Shown: positions 1 to 9,057 of the stretch, piece after piece
Layout of the letters: every line of letters begins with the position of its first letter
Numbering within the stretch: the first letter of the stretch is position 1
Source: a virus
Taxonomy: Duplodnaviria; Caudoviricetes
Virus record (IMG/VR): IMGVR_UViG_3300021508_000029
Coordinates: 1 to 61,503 of that record
DNA length: 61,503 nt
Strand: one strand, 5' to 3'
Notes under the pieces: generated by a model
Databases searched by the model: none
What the model was told of the DNA's origin: nothing
Seen by the model: the letters and a program-made list of their open reading frames with translations, nothing else
Translations under genes and position numbers: made by a program

Positions 1-136
1 GTACGTTTAATAGACCCTTAATAGACCCCCCATAGACCCTTAATAGACCCCCCATAAGTTTGGTTGTTTATTACGCGGGTAACCCATTAACGTGAACAAC
101 CCATGACAACCGTATCATTTATACATGATCATTCAC
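1..136. repeat. Terminal direct repeat / circular assembly overlap (copy 1)
   Basis: 1-136 equals 61368-61503 except position 127 (G) versus 61494 (C). Confidence 0.95.
11..54. repeat. Four 11-bp phased units starting with TAGACC (iteron-like)
   Basis: TAGAC starts at 11, 22, 33 and 44; units TAGACCCTTAA and TAGACCCCCCA alternate. Confidence 0.85.
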
Positions 137-280
137 CACACGACAAATTAGACCCATGGAAACACACATTTAACCCATCCCAAAACAAATTTACACACAA
201 CGTCAAAAACACACCCATTTCATTTATACGTATAAAAAGAGTAGCCGGACTTTCACCCCAAAACCCGTCCCCCGCCCATA

Positions 281-300
281 CCATCCATCCATCCATCCAT
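281..300. repeat. (CCAT)5 microsatellite just upstream of a promoter
   Basis: ccatccatccatccatccat read directly. Confidence 0.9.
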
Positions 301-308
301 ATAACATA

Positions 309-337
309 TTGACAATTGCCCGCCATCGTGTTACGGT
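309..337 (+). promoter_or_regulatory. Sigma70-type promoter
   Basis: TTGACA, 17 bp, TACGGT with extended TG; same layout as promoters at 3427, 7401 and 10440. Confidence 0.6.
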
Positions 338-381
338 TTCAATACACCAAACAAAACCAAACAAATATAGGAGAAAAGTAA

Positions 382-675
382 ATGGAAACAGTTCAATTCC
401 CCAGACTCAAAATAACCCTACCTGTGTTTATAAGCGTTTTAAACAAAACCAGGCGGGCTTACCCGAATACATGGCTTCAAGGCCAGGTTTGGGTAGACGG
501 AAAACACGTACAATTTAAAGTATATAAAACGTGGCTCCATGAGTACCGAGTAGGAAGTACACGCTGGGACACCACTTCCAACCAGACAGCTAAACAATTT
601 CAAATTAATTTACGCGCACCATTTAAGAAGAAGGAGAAAAAGGACGGAAAACTTACAGCTACTCAGATGGATTAA
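382..675 (+). CDS. Hypothetical early protein
   Basis: ORF with AGGAG RBS, downstream of a promoter. Confidence 0.7.
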   Translation: METVQFPRLKITLPVFISVLNKTRRAYPNTWLQGQVWVDGKHVQFKVYKTWLHEYRVGSTRWDTTSNQTAKQFQINLRAPFKKKEKKDGKLTATQMD

Positions 676-732
676 CCTGGACAAGTGGATTTGTAAATAA
701 AATCCACCCAGTAAACCCAAGAAGATAAGCAT

Positions 733-763
733 ATGTATGTTTGGTTTAAATCAATTCATACAT
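733..763. repeat. Dispersed palindromic element, copy 1 (core TTGGTTTAAATCAA at 741-754)
   Basis: ATGTATG-T-core-TT-CATACAT imperfect inverted repeat; related copies elsewhere. Confidence 0.85.
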
Positions 764-801
764 ACAATAACCTAAATATTTAACTATAGGACTAAAATCT
801 T

Positions 802-1179
802 ATGAAAATATCAAGCGTAATGAGCATAATCCTTAACACTTCTGGCCACATCCTTATCCTTAAAGACCGTCGGAAACGCTGGACATTAGCGGGAGGTCAA
901 ATTGATAAAAACGAATCCCCAGTCCAAGCCCTTTTGCGAGAAGTTAAAGAGGAAACCGGATTAAAAATCAAACTCCTTAAAAAGCTTTGGACATCCACCA
1001 AGAAGTATGGAAAGAAAAGTAAAAAACGAGCCAAGATATTTTTAAGTCTTATTTCTAAAAAGGCCATACGTAAACTTAAATTATCTTTCGAGCACCTTAA
1101 AGCCAAGTGGGTTAAGCCGAAAGTGGCTTTAGGTAAATTAATACCTCGCCATGCTAAAGCACTTAAAGCACTTTTGTAA
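802..1179 (+). CDS. Nudix hydrolase
   Basis: Complete Nudix box GGQIDKNESPVQALLREVKEETG. Confidence 0.92.
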   Translation: MKISSVMSIILNTSGHILILKDRRKRWTLAGGQIDKNESPVQALLREVKEETGLKIKLLKKLWTSTKKYGKKSKKRAKIFLSLISKKAIRKLKLSFEHLKAKWVKPKVALGKLIPRHAKALKALL

Positions 1180-1189
1180 GGAAAAGAAA

Positions 1190-1510
1190 ATGAGCAACAC
1201 AACCAACTGGTTAGATGATTTAACCACTTTACCAGATTTACGATCCAAACCCAAGCGGAAACCAAAAGCACCTAAACCCAAAAATCAGCTTAAACGCATT
1301 AAAGGAGAAACCCACCCATTTATCCCCATATCTCTTGAGCAATTTAATCTAAACCAGCCCCAAAACCAGCGTGGGTTTGGTGGGGATAGTATCTTACCCG
1401 TTTTCCGCAGATATCTTTCAAGAGAACTGGTTAAAGCCAAGTACAATCCTTCTCATATTTTGGGAATAAGCCCAGTATGGCCGGAACACCGAGAGCTAAA
1501 CTGGGTTTAA
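1190..1510 (+). CDS. Hypothetical basic protein
   Basis: Start moved to the ATG at 1190, after an AAGGA RBS. Confidence 0.6.
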   Translation: MSNTTNWLDDLTTLPDLRSKPKRKPKAPKPKNQLKRIKGETHPFIPISLEQFNLNQPQNQRGFGGDSILPVFRRYLSRELVKAKYNPSHILGISPVWPEHRELNWV

Positions 1511-1540
1511 CAGAAACATAAACATAAACTAGAGATTAAC

Positions 1541-1783
1541 ATGAGCAACTTAGTAAGCAAAAAGATTAAAACAACAGTAAGAATTGAAACTACCAAATAC
1601 CTAAGCTTAGATAAACAAGACATTATATGTGTATTAAAGGAGCTGAAATATATACCTGAAAGCGCTAGTAATATCACTGTTGAAATTACTATCCCAGGCG
1701 GTGGCGATTACTCTAATACAGTACTAGGTATAGATACATTAATACCATTGGAAGTTGCATTTAAAATTATAGAGGAACGCTAA
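1541..1783 (+). CDS. Hypothetical protein
   Basis: ORF in the operon with a GAG RBS. Confidence 0.7.
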   Translation: MSNLVSKKIKTTVRIETTKYLSLDKQDIICVLKELKYIPESASNITVEITIPGGGDYSNTVLGIDTLIPLEVAFKIIEER

Positions 1784-1959
1784 TGAGCTTATATGACTAT
1801 CAAAAATCAATCTTAATTAACTCAGAAGACTACCCATTCTACGCCCTAATCATGGTCGCCATGCGAAAGGCAGATGATGCTAATCTAGCCAAATTACATA
1901 CAGTCTTTCCAGAAATATACAACGAATTAAAAGCTCGGTACAATGCTCCAGGTGGGTAA
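1783..1959 (+). CDS. Small phage protein, 58 aa (not in ORF track)
   Basis: Hand-translated MSLYDYQKS...PFYALIMVAMRKADD...ARYNAPGG; TAATG coupling to the upstream gene. Confidence 0.75.
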   Translation: MSLYDYQKSILINSEDYPFYALIMVAMRKADDANLAKLHTVFPEIYNELKARYNAPGG

Positions 1960-1974
1960 TTAGAAACTGATTAA

Positions 1975-2024
1975 TTAAGCACACCTAATATACATTCCCA
2001 CGAGTGTATATTGCGAGTACTTAA
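1975..2024 (+). promoter_or_regulatory. Interrupted stem-loop, putative RNase III-type processing site
   Basis: TTAAGCAC/GTACTTAA outer stem and AATATACATT/GAGTGTATATT inner stem, upstream of a strong RBS. Confidence 0.5.
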
Positions 2025-2044
2025 ACATAACCCAAGGAGCTAAC

Positions 2045-2362
2045 ATGGAAAACCCTAACCAAAACCCTAACCAAAACCTAGTAGACCGACAAATATATTT
2101 TAACTTATCTATTTCCGAACTAGCCGAATGTAATGTAGATTATCTAACACCGGGCAAACTTTATACCATAATAGAAAAAGATGATACCGGCTTAACTTAT
2201 ATATTAGCAGATGACGGATATAAAATCACTGCCCCAATAGATGTTACTTCAGCTCACTTTGACTTTAAAACTAAGTGGCAATTAGTAGAAGAAGAAGGAG
2301 AAGATGAAGAAGACACAGAGTACACAGAAGAAGATAAGATAGTAAACAATATAATAATATAA
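2045..2362 (+). CDS. Hypothetical protein with acidic C-terminus
   Basis: AAGGAG RBS; NPNQ tandem repeat at the N-terminus. Confidence 0.75.
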   Translation: MENPNQNPNQNLVDRQIYFNLSISELAECNVDYLTPGKLYTIIEKDDTGLTYILADDGYKITAPIDVTSAHFDFKTKWQLVEEEGEDEEDTEYTEEDKIVNNIII

Positions 2363-2373
2363 GAAGATATTCA

Positions 2374-2610
2374 ATGACCGTCAAAACATATAAAGGGTCA
2401 ACCGGCTTAAAAGTCGGAGACCCAGTACACTACCAACCCCGATACATTCCAGATAATGAGTTTGTAAATGGAATAGTAAAAGAAATCCCGACTCATACAC
2501 AAACCGCAGTCCAAGTAGTATATAACTGTAACAACGACTGGCTTAACTATACTAATTATACAAGCGAATTAACCTTTTTACTCTACTTAAAACCTGGATG
2601 GAGAACTTAA
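2374..2610 (+). CDS. Hypothetical protein (SH3/Tudor-like, LKVGDPVHY)
   Basis: ORF in the operon; fold guessed from sequence pattern only. Confidence 0.65.
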   Translation: MTVKTYKGSTGLKVGDPVHYQPRYIPDNEFVNGIVKEIPTHTQTAVQVVYNCNNDWLNYTNYTSELTFLLYLKPGWRT

Positions 2611-2612
2611 CA

Positions 2613-2804
2613 ATGATAAGATTCAACCCTAAAGAATTAATTAACGATCTTCTAGCTGAGGGATTTACCCATTCCGCAGCCCTAGCCAAAGCTAAAGAAG
2701 AAAGCATAAAAAGACGTGATAAAAAGAACCTATTAGTCAGTATTATAACTAGAAACAATAGCTTAATGGACAGAGCTAAAATAATACCCAAAATATTTAC
2801 TTAA
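2613..2804 (+). CDS. Hypothetical protein
   Basis: ATG at 2613 after GGAG. Confidence 0.6.
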   Translation: MIRFNPKELINDLLAEGFTHSAALAKAKEESIKRRDKKNLLVSIITRNNSLMDRAKIIPKIFT

Positions 2805-2815
2805 AGGAAAATCCA

Positions 2816-3109
2816 ATGGATAATTATAAACAACGCTCTATGTATATAAATTATATAGCTAAAGGAATCCGGTTTACTTTAAAAGAAACCGGATTAAAAC
2901 AACTTCCAGACTCAACAATAATTATATTATTCTCTAAATATCATCTTTTAGCTGGTGAAAGTCAAATTTTAGGGCTACCTATATTTATATCAAATATAAA
3001 TACATCTTATGACTTTGGTTTAGGTTTTAATATAAAAGAAATAAACCCAAACTATAAATTATTGGAAGCATTTAACGAGTTCTTAGACCTGTATAGTTTG
3101 GAAGAATAA
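2816..3109 (+). CDS. Hypothetical protein
   Basis: AAGGA RBS. Confidence 0.7.
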   Translation: MDNYKQRSMYINYIAKGIRFTLKETGLKQLPDSTIIILFSKYHLLAGESQILGLPIFISNINTSYDFGLGFNIKEINPNYKLLEAFNEFLDLYSLEE

Positions 3110-3114
3110 ACAAC

Positions 3115-3396
3115 ATGATAAATAATCAAGTCACTTGTTATTGTTCAGCTTACAATTTTCCACATAGAATTGGTGGAGGTATCTGTAATGGAACTGAATG
3201 GGCTGAATCATATAACCTATACATTACAAAAGCATGTAATAATTGCAATTGTTTAAGTAATGATTCTTGTTCTGTAGCGTCTGGTCAAGAAAGTTATCAA
3301 GAGTGTGAAGGCTATATAGATTTTTTACATTATAATAACAAAACAAAACTACCTACAACTGAAGACGAAGTACTCCAACAATACGAGACCCGTTAA
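3115..3396 (+). CDS. Cys-rich, putative metal-binding protein
   Basis: CxC...FPHR...C followed by CxxCxC...C...C. Confidence 0.7.
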   Translation: MINNQVTCYCSAYNFPHRIGGGICNGTEWAESYNLYITKACNNCNCLSNDSCSVASGQESYQECEGYIDFLHYNNKTKLPTTEDEVLQQYETR

Positions 3397-3426
3397 TTCC
3401 TATCTAAAACCCACCATCATAGCCCA

Positions 3427-3455
3427 TTGACAACACCATATAAATATGTTATCGT
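3427..3455 (+). promoter_or_regulatory. Sigma70-type promoter
   Basis: TTGACA, 17 bp, TATCGT with extended TG. Confidence 0.75.
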
Positions 3456-3499
3456 GGGCGTACATTATATAAACAACATTCAACCAAAAAGGATTTAAA

Positions 3500-3736
3500 A
3501 TGACTGAACAACCCGAAACACCTTTTACCCAGGCCGAGCAACTAATTAATATATTCAATGCTTTTAAATTACCTGTTGCCCACGTTAAAAAGTTCCTTGA
3601 TGATGAAATAAACCAAAAGATACATAAAGTAACCAAGGTTAATGATGAAGCATACAAATTTAACGATGGATCATTTATAACCATATATATGAATCATTAC
3701 AGCACTTTAAGCGCGACTTTTGATATGGATTTATAA
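3500..3736 (+). CDS. Hypothetical protein
   Basis: AAGGA RBS, downstream of a promoter. Confidence 0.7.
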   Translation: MTEQPETPFTQAEQLINIFNAFKLPVAHVKKFLDDEINQKIHKVTKVNDEAYKFNDGSFITIYMNHYSTLSATFDMDL

Positions 3737-3745
3737 ACCATTTAT

Positions 3746-3776
3746 ATGTACGTTTTGGTTTAATCAATTCATACAT
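3746..3776. repeat. Dispersed palindromic element, copy 2 (13-bp core TTGGTTTAATCAA)
   Basis: ATGTACG...CATACAT flanks as in copy 1. Confidence 0.85.
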
Positions 3777-3798
3777 ACACAACCCTAACAGGATTAAT

Positions 3799-4071
3799 AT
3801 GAAAAGTTTACGCTCACCCGCCCTTAGTCAAGTTAAATTAGAAAGAATAAAAGAAGCTCGCAAAATATTAGAGCTTAACCAAATCGACTGGACTGAGCGC
3901 ACCTCAGCAACACACTTTATCCTCCACCTTACAGACCTAGTTAAAGAAGATGTAAGTTTTTGGCCAACAACAGGCCGGTTTTATTCTAAAGCCCATAATT
4001 ATAAAGGTCGTGGATTAAATAACCTGATAAAGTTTATTAACAAATATTATCCAATAAGCAAGGAATCTTAA
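3799..4071 (+). CDS. Hypothetical protein (FWPTTGRF...GRGLNNLI pattern)
   Basis: AGGA RBS; ORF in the operon. Confidence 0.7.
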   Translation: MKSLRSPALSQVKLERIKEARKILELNQIDWTERTSATHFILHLTDLVKEDVSFWPTTGRFYSKAHNYKGRGLNNLIKFINKYYPISKES

Positions 4072-4072
4072 C

Positions 4073-4519
4073 ATGAAGCTTAAACTTACCTCTTCTGTAC
4101 TTTACGAAGTCGCCAAACCCGTCCCTCGAAACGAAGACATAACCGAATTATACAAGGATATGCTTACCTTAATGAAGGCTCATAAAGGTATTGGTTTAGC
4201 CGCTCCACAAGTCGGAGTATCTAAACGGCTCATAGTGTTCCGTTTAGGCTCAGTATCTTGTATACTTATCAACCCTATAATAACTAAACGTAAATTAGGT
4301 AAAACAAGAAGCATGGAAGGTTGTTTATCTTTCCCACAAACCTTAGGTAGCCAAGGTAAACGAGTTCAAATATCCCGTGATAAACAAATAACAGTCACAG
4401 GCTTTAACCAATATTGGAAACCCGTAAAACTTAAACTTTACGGGCTGGATTCTTGTGTAGTCCAGCACGAAATAGACCACCTAAACGGTGTAACAATAAT
4501 TAAACCAGAGGAAACCTAA
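4073..4519 (+). CDS. def: Peptide deformylase
   Basis: All three PDF motifs: GIGLAAPQVG, EGCLS, QHEIDHLNG. Confidence 0.96.
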   Translation: MKLKLTSSVLYEVAKPVPRNEDITELYKDMLTLMKAHKGIGLAAPQVGVSKRLIVFRLGSVSCILINPIITKRKLGKTRSMEGCLSFPQTLGSQGKRVQISRDKQITVTGFNQYWKPVKLKLYGLDSCVVQHEIDHLNGVTIIKPEET

Positions 4520-4520
4520 C

Positions 4521-5999
4521 ATGGAGCTTACTCCACAACAAACAAACTTTATCGAAACCGCGCAGGGTTCTGAGTCAATTGCTCTCCGTGCACGTGCAGG
4601 TACGGGAAAAACTTTTTCCCTCCGTGAGTGGGCAACCAAATCCCGCAAAGGCGGTATGGCTACTTCTTTTTCCAAGTCCACCGTTCAGGAGCTTGCAAAA
4701 AAGATGCCACCCAAGTTCCAGTCCAAAACCCTCCACGGTCTTGGTTATCAAGCAATCCGAAAGTCCGGCAAATATAAAGAGCTTGATACATCTAAAGTAT
4801 TCAACATAACCAAACAATATTGTCAGGATTTAGATCTCCCTTACGAAATTCAAGACCCAATACGTAAATTGGTTGCTTTAGCCAAATCCTTTGGAATCCA
4901 ACCAGACTCTGCAGGTCCAGATGGGCTTACGCCTGATGAATACCAAACGTGGGAGAACATTGCTGAACAATTTGATATAGAGCTTAGTGACTCGATATAC
5001 GAATCATCTCGTAACACCCTTCATAGGTCTAATCAAGTAGCTTTAAAGGATGGGGTTATCGACTTTGATGATATGCTTTATATATCTCTTCTTTATCCTC
5101 ACCGTTTTCCTAAATTCCCTGTTATCTTAGCTGATGAGGTTCAAGACTTTAACTCCCTCCAGCATCTAATGCTTCGTCGCTGCCTTTTACCTAACGGTCG
5201 CATAATTGGAGCAGGAGATGATCGCCAAGCAATCTACGCATTTCGAGGGGCTTTAGCCAATTCTTACAACGAACTTGTATCTAGTTTTTCCATGACTGAA
5301 CTTCCTCTCACAGCATCATTTCGTTGCCCGCGCGCAGTAGTTTTAGAAGCCCAGAGATATGTTCCTGATATTGAGCCGGTAGCTTCAGCTATAGAAGGTT
5401 CGGTTATCCATGCAGAAAGTATAGATCTTCTCGACATTCCATCTACAGTCCTCTGCCGAAATAATGCACCATTAATAACTCTTGCCCTCTCTCTCCTAGT
5501 CTCTGGCCGGACAGTTGAAGTGGCTGGACAAAATATAGGAAAAGGTCTTATCCAGCTTACCAAGCGGATAACTAAAAAGAATCTTAAATCTGCCGAATTC
5601 CTTGATCGCTTGGATAAATGGAAAGAACGGGAGATTATCAAATTCCCACGTAGAAAGGCTCGTATAACTGATAAGTTCCTTGCAATCCGAGCATTAACCC
5701 TCCACCATAAAGACCTTGAAGGAGTCCAAAAACACCTCCTTAAACTTTATCCAAATCCTTCAGCCAAAAACTACAAACCTGCTGAAGTCCACCTTACTAC
5801 TATCCACCGCAGTAAGGGTAAGGAGTGGCCTAAGGTTATGTTTCTCGATCCTCAGCTTCTCCCTTCCAAATTCGCCAAACAACCTTTCGAGCTTCTTCAG
5901 GAAGATAACTTGGCTTATGTGGGAATAACCCGCGCACAAGAAGAGCTTACTTATTGCGCATCTACAAACATCAACGGTATGGAAGTAGATGAATTTTAA
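4521..5999 (+). CDS. UvrD/Rep-like superfamily 1 helicase
   Basis: ARAGTGKT, DEVQD, GDDRQAIYAFRGA, SFRCP, TIHRSKGKEW, YVGITRA. Confidence 0.93.
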   Translation: MELTPQQTNFIETAQGSESIALRARAGTGKTFSLREWATKSRKGGMATSFSKSTVQELAKKMPPKFQSKTLHGLGYQAIRKSGKYKELDTSKVFNITKQYCQDLDLPYEIQDPIRKLVALAKSFGIQPDSAGPDGLTPDEYQTWENIAEQFDIELSDSIYESSRNTLHRSNQVALKDGVIDFDDMLYISLLYPHRFPKFPVILADEVQDFNSLQHLMLRRCLLPNGRIIGAGDDRQAIYAFRGALANSYNELVSSFSMTELPLTASFRCPRAVVLEAQRYVPDIEPVASAIEGSVIHAESIDLLDIPSTVLCRNNAPLITLALSLLVSGRTVEVAGQNIGKGLIQLTKRITKKNLKSAEFLDRLDKWKEREIIKFPRRKARITDKFLAIRALTLHHKDLEGVQKHLLKLYPNPSAKNYKPAEVHLTTIHRSKGKEWPKVMFLDPQLLPSKFAKQPFELLQEDNLAYVGITRAQEELTYCASTNINGMEVDEF

Positions 6000-6009
6000 A
6001 GGAAATAAC

Positions 6010-6096
6010 ATGAACGGGCTAATAAACAAAGCCACCACTGCCTTGGCTTATATTATAGGTAGTCTTGCAATGATTATAATGGGAGAACCAGACTAA
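6010..6096 (+). CDS. 28-aa hydrophobic peptide (not in ORF track)
   Basis: AAGGA RBS; MNGLINKATTALAYIIGSLAMIIMGEPD; TAATG coupling to the next gene. Confidence 0.55.
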   Translation: MNGLINKATTALAYIIGSLAMIIMGEPD

Positions 6097-6326
6097 TGAA
6101 TAATGTAAATGTATTTTTCCAAGGCGTTATATTTGATTGTGAGATTGAATGTGATGATGACCTAGGTTGTTACGCAATGAATGCTATTGTTGACGGCCAT
6201 GATTGGTTTGACAGCTTTAACCTTCTAACAGAAGAAAAGTTCAACATTAAAGTACAAGTTGCGTTACGGGTGCAAAAAGCCGAAAACAACCTTGAAAGAT
6301 TATTATCAGATAGAAATAAATTCTAA
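6096..6326 (+). CDS. Hypothetical protein
   Basis: GGAG RBS, coupled start. Confidence 0.65.
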   Translation: MNNVNVFFQGVIFDCEIECDDDLGCYAMNAIVDGHDWFDSFNLLTEEKFNIKVQVALRVQKAENNLERLLSDRNKF

Positions 6327-6339
6327 AGGAGATTTTAAA

Positions 6340-6780
6340 ATGATTGATTTTAAAAAAGAAGAAAAAAGATTTTATCAAATACAACTTATCAAATCTGCCC
6401 TCGCGGATTTTCGGGCTTATGACGTAATCCGACAAGCCCATATTGACTTAATGTATCACTTTGGTGTATTTTTTATTCCAACTCAAAAAGTCTCTTTAAA
6501 TGAGATATTTAAAGTAAAGGTTCTAATTGACAGTACAGGAATAGGCTACCAGCAACCATATGAGAAAATAGCTCATCTAGCTACTGACTTATGGCTAAAT
6601 AACCAAATTCAAGCAAAGTTTACAAAAGAGTATACTTTCCAAGACATATCTTTTAGAATAAGCGACTATCTTGCAGCTCCTATTCCTGAAGAAGAAATGC
6701 TTATGCTTGAACTCCTTGGTAAAGTTGATATACAAGTTACCACTAGCACAACTACTAAATCAGTTTTTTGTTCGACTTAA
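6340..6780 (+). CDS. Hypothetical protein
   Basis: Start moved to the ATG at 6340, after AAGGAG. Confidence 0.7.
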   Translation: MIDFKKEEKRFYQIQLIKSALADFRAYDVIRQAHIDLMYHFGVFFIPTQKVSLNEIFKVKVLIDSTGIGYQQPYEKIAHLATDLWLNNQIQAKFTKEYTFQDISFRISDYLAAPIPEEEMLMLELLGKVDIQVTTSTTTKSVFCST

Positions 6781-6816
6781 CCCTCATTAATTCAATTTCT
6801 TTTTAAGGAAACCAAA

Positions 6817-7356
6817 ATGCCATTAACACCTCAGCAAGAAATGGAAATTTATCCGCTTTTAGATGCTGCTTTAGAACTTCAAGTAGGTAAAGCCGTCCTT
6901 CATAATTGCACTCGCCAAAGAGCAAATTATCTTACGCGAGTAATTCAAGGTCTTCGTTATAATTTAGCAATAGAATCTATGATAACTTACGACACCACAA
7001 GCCCCTTTTATGGTTTAGGTGTGTATGCAAATATCTGGGCAGAAGCACATGATCGTGGGCTACTTATAACAACGTTAGCTAAACCAACTGAAACTATAAT
7101 GTGGAAGATAATCCGTTGTCGTGCAACACAAAAGCCGCAACGACTCGAAACATCTAAAGCCGCAGCTAATCAATGCCTTTTACGTGCGAAAAAGAGACAC
7201 CCAAAACTTATGGGCTCACTTTGGCTTACTACAGATCCACTTACAGTTTATTGCGCAAAAAAGGAAAAAGAACAAATAATTGTAGATATTGATATAGACC
7301 CAGCAGGAGAGATAAAATCACCTACACAAGAGGACGAGGCAAAAGCCCAAACATAG
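6817..7356 (+). CDS. Hypothetical protein
   Basis: AAGGA RBS; 179 aa. Confidence 0.75.
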   Translation: MPLTPQQEMEIYPLLDAALELQVGKAVLHNCTRQRANYLTRVIQGLRYNLAIESMITYDTTSPFYGLGVYANIWAEAHDRGLLITTLAKPTETIMWKIIRCRATQKPQRLETSKAAANQCLLRAKKRHPKLMGSLWLTTDPLTVYCAKKEKEQIIVDIDIDPAGEIKSPTQEDEAKAQT

Positions 7357-7400
7357 TATTAATATTTGAAATAAATATTAAAAATAAATCATATAGATTG

Positions 7401-7429
7401 TTGACAATACCGTATAAACATGTTATCAT
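7401..7429 (+). promoter_or_regulatory. Sigma70-type promoter
   Basis: TTGACA, 17 bp, TATCAT with extended TG and an AT-rich upstream region. Confidence 0.8.
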
Positions 7430-7487
7430 GTATTTTCAATGATAAACATCATTTTAAACGACCAACCAACCAAATAAAGGAAATAAC

Positions 7488-8162
7488 ATGATAATTACAG
7501 ATACAGTCCTAACCCGCCAGCGTATCATTCAGGAAAAAGCTTATGTTGCCGTAGGTATTACTGATATGGCTTTTAATATCCCTCAGCCATTCTTGCCTGG
7601 TATGTTTGAAGCCCTTCGTGATGAACTTGGAATTGATCCCGTAGGCTTGGCTCGGCAAGTGAATCAGGTTTATGCAGAAAACCTTGCAAATAATATGGCG
7701 AGTCGAATTAAAAAAGCAGCTGGTAAAGAAGATGTTGATCTTCCCACACAGGCCGATATGGATGAATTAGCTTTATCTTATGATTTCTCTGTTCGTACAG
7801 CAACAGCAGCCTTTGGTTCTACTTTTGATAAAATCTTTCACCGTATTGCATCTGGTTTCATTCGTAAGCTTCTTAAAAAGAAAGGCTATCAGGATACTCC
7901 AGCACCCGTTATGGTGGCTAAGAAAAATGCTGAAACTACAGAAGAAGGGCAAATCAGCTTTGAAGATTTTGAGGTTGAAGTAATTCGACTTACTGAAGGT
8001 GAGGGTCCTTGGAGTGAAAAAGACGCATTTATCAGCTTACGTAATGCACTTAAAGAAGAAGCAACTGCCGAAGAAGAGCGCATCCGTAATAGCGAACAAG
8101 AAACTGAAGATAAACTGGCTAATATTGACCTAGGGGGCGAACCTACTGGTGAAGATATGTAA
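7488..8162 (+). CDS. Putative DNA-binding phage protein with acidic tail
   Basis: Own promoter and terminator; NQVYAENLANN motif; function inferred. Confidence 0.6.
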   Translation: MIITDTVLTRQRIIQEKAYVAVGITDMAFNIPQPFLPGMFEALRDELGIDPVGLARQVNQVYAENLANNMASRIKKAAGKEDVDLPTQADMDELALSYDFSVRTATAAFGSTFDKIFHRIASGFIRKLLKKKGYQDTPAPVMVAKKNAETTEEGQISFEDFEVEVIRLTEGEGPWSEKDAFISLRNALKEEATAEEERIRNSEQETEDKLANIDLGGEPTGEDM

Positions 8163-8192
8163 AATTAATATCTATAAGTAATAAGTAATAAG

Positions 8193-8216
8193 AAAGGGAG
8201 CATTAGCTCCCTTTTT
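8193..8216 (+). terminator. Rho-independent terminator
   Basis: AAAGGGAGC-ATTA-GCTCCCTTTTT. Confidence 0.85.
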
Positions 8217-8247
8217 CAGTAATACACACTTTAACTAAGGACTTCAA

Positions 8248-8553
8248 ATGGCTCGTAAAAAATTAAAGGATGTGAATGCCCGGACAATCCGAGTACATAT
8301 TCCTACATACAATCATATTCTTGAGTTCTTTTCTCGCTCACCTTCAGGTATCTGTGGCTCTGATGCTATCCGTCAAGTCCTTATCCACTTTGGCAAATAT
8401 TGTAAAGATCAAATGGATGCAGGTCGTGTAGCAAGTTCAAAAGATCTTCGTGCAGCCGAAGAAATGGTTTTTAAAGCAATGGGGAAAAAAGATGGAAATT
8501 CAATTACAGGAACAAAGCCAGAAGCCGAATCAGAACCAGAACTCAAACTCTGA
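8248..8553 (+). CDS. Putative ribbon-helix-helix regulator
   Basis: RTIRVH beta-ribbon pattern, then two helices ending SDAIRQVL. Confidence 0.5.
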   Translation: MARKKLKDVNARTIRVHIPTYNHILEFFSRSPSGICGSDAIRQVLIHFGKYCKDQMDAGRVASSKDLRAAEEMVFKAMGKKDGNSITGTKPEAESEPELKL

Positions 8554-8779
8554 TCAAAACTTACCAGACCACACAGTAACCTTAAATGAGTTACTTGCTA
8601 GTGCTGCAGCTGAGTGGACTCCTGAACACCGGCTTGCACTCATAAGTGCTCTTCGTGACCAACGCGAACGGTGGAATGAGGAACAAGCTAAGGGCTCTCG
8701 CAAACGGGTTACAGCCAAGCAGATTAAAACCAAACCTAAAGGCCGAATTAATCTTGCTCTTGAAGGACTGCAGTTATAA
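8492..8779 (+). CDS. Hypothetical protein
   Basis: ATG at 8492 after GGGGA; overlaps the previous gene. Confidence 0.6.
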   Translation: MEIQLQEQSQKPNQNQNSNSDQNLPDHTVTLNELLASAAAEWTPEHRLALISALRDQRERWNEEQAKGSRKRVTAKQIKTKPKGRINLALEGLQL

Positions 8780-8855
8780 AGATAAGCTTGAACAACTTTT
8801 ATCCTATGCAACTGAACATCGTTGTACCCGTATATTAGCTGATGGAGATTATTAA

Positions 8856-9056
8856 ATGAGTAAATATACTATAGAAGAATTAGAGATAATCGAAGAAGCA
8901 CTAGACATTTGTTACTGCCCTCGTATAGCTAATAAAGATAATGATTTTTATTTTGTAGATGCTGAAGATTCCATAAATGAAGAAATATCAAAAACAATTA
9001 TTAAATTAAACAAATTAAAATCAGCTCAATCAATATTATCAAGCCTAAGAGGTTAG
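8856..9056 (+). CDS. Hypothetical protein
   Basis: GGAG RBS. Confidence 0.65.
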   Translation: MSKYTIEELEIIEEALDICYCPRIANKDNDFYFVDAEDSINEEISKTIIKLNKLKSAQSILSSLRG

Positions 9057-9057
9057 T

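Noticed and set aside
103-518. ORFs 103-312, 129-326 and 309-518
   Set aside because: They overlap repeats, a microsatellite and a promoter, and lack a convincing RBS.
7438-7453. Fur box-like AATGAT-AAAC-ATCATT downstream of a promoter
   Set aside because: Single imperfect match in very AT-rich DNA; not distinguishable from chance.
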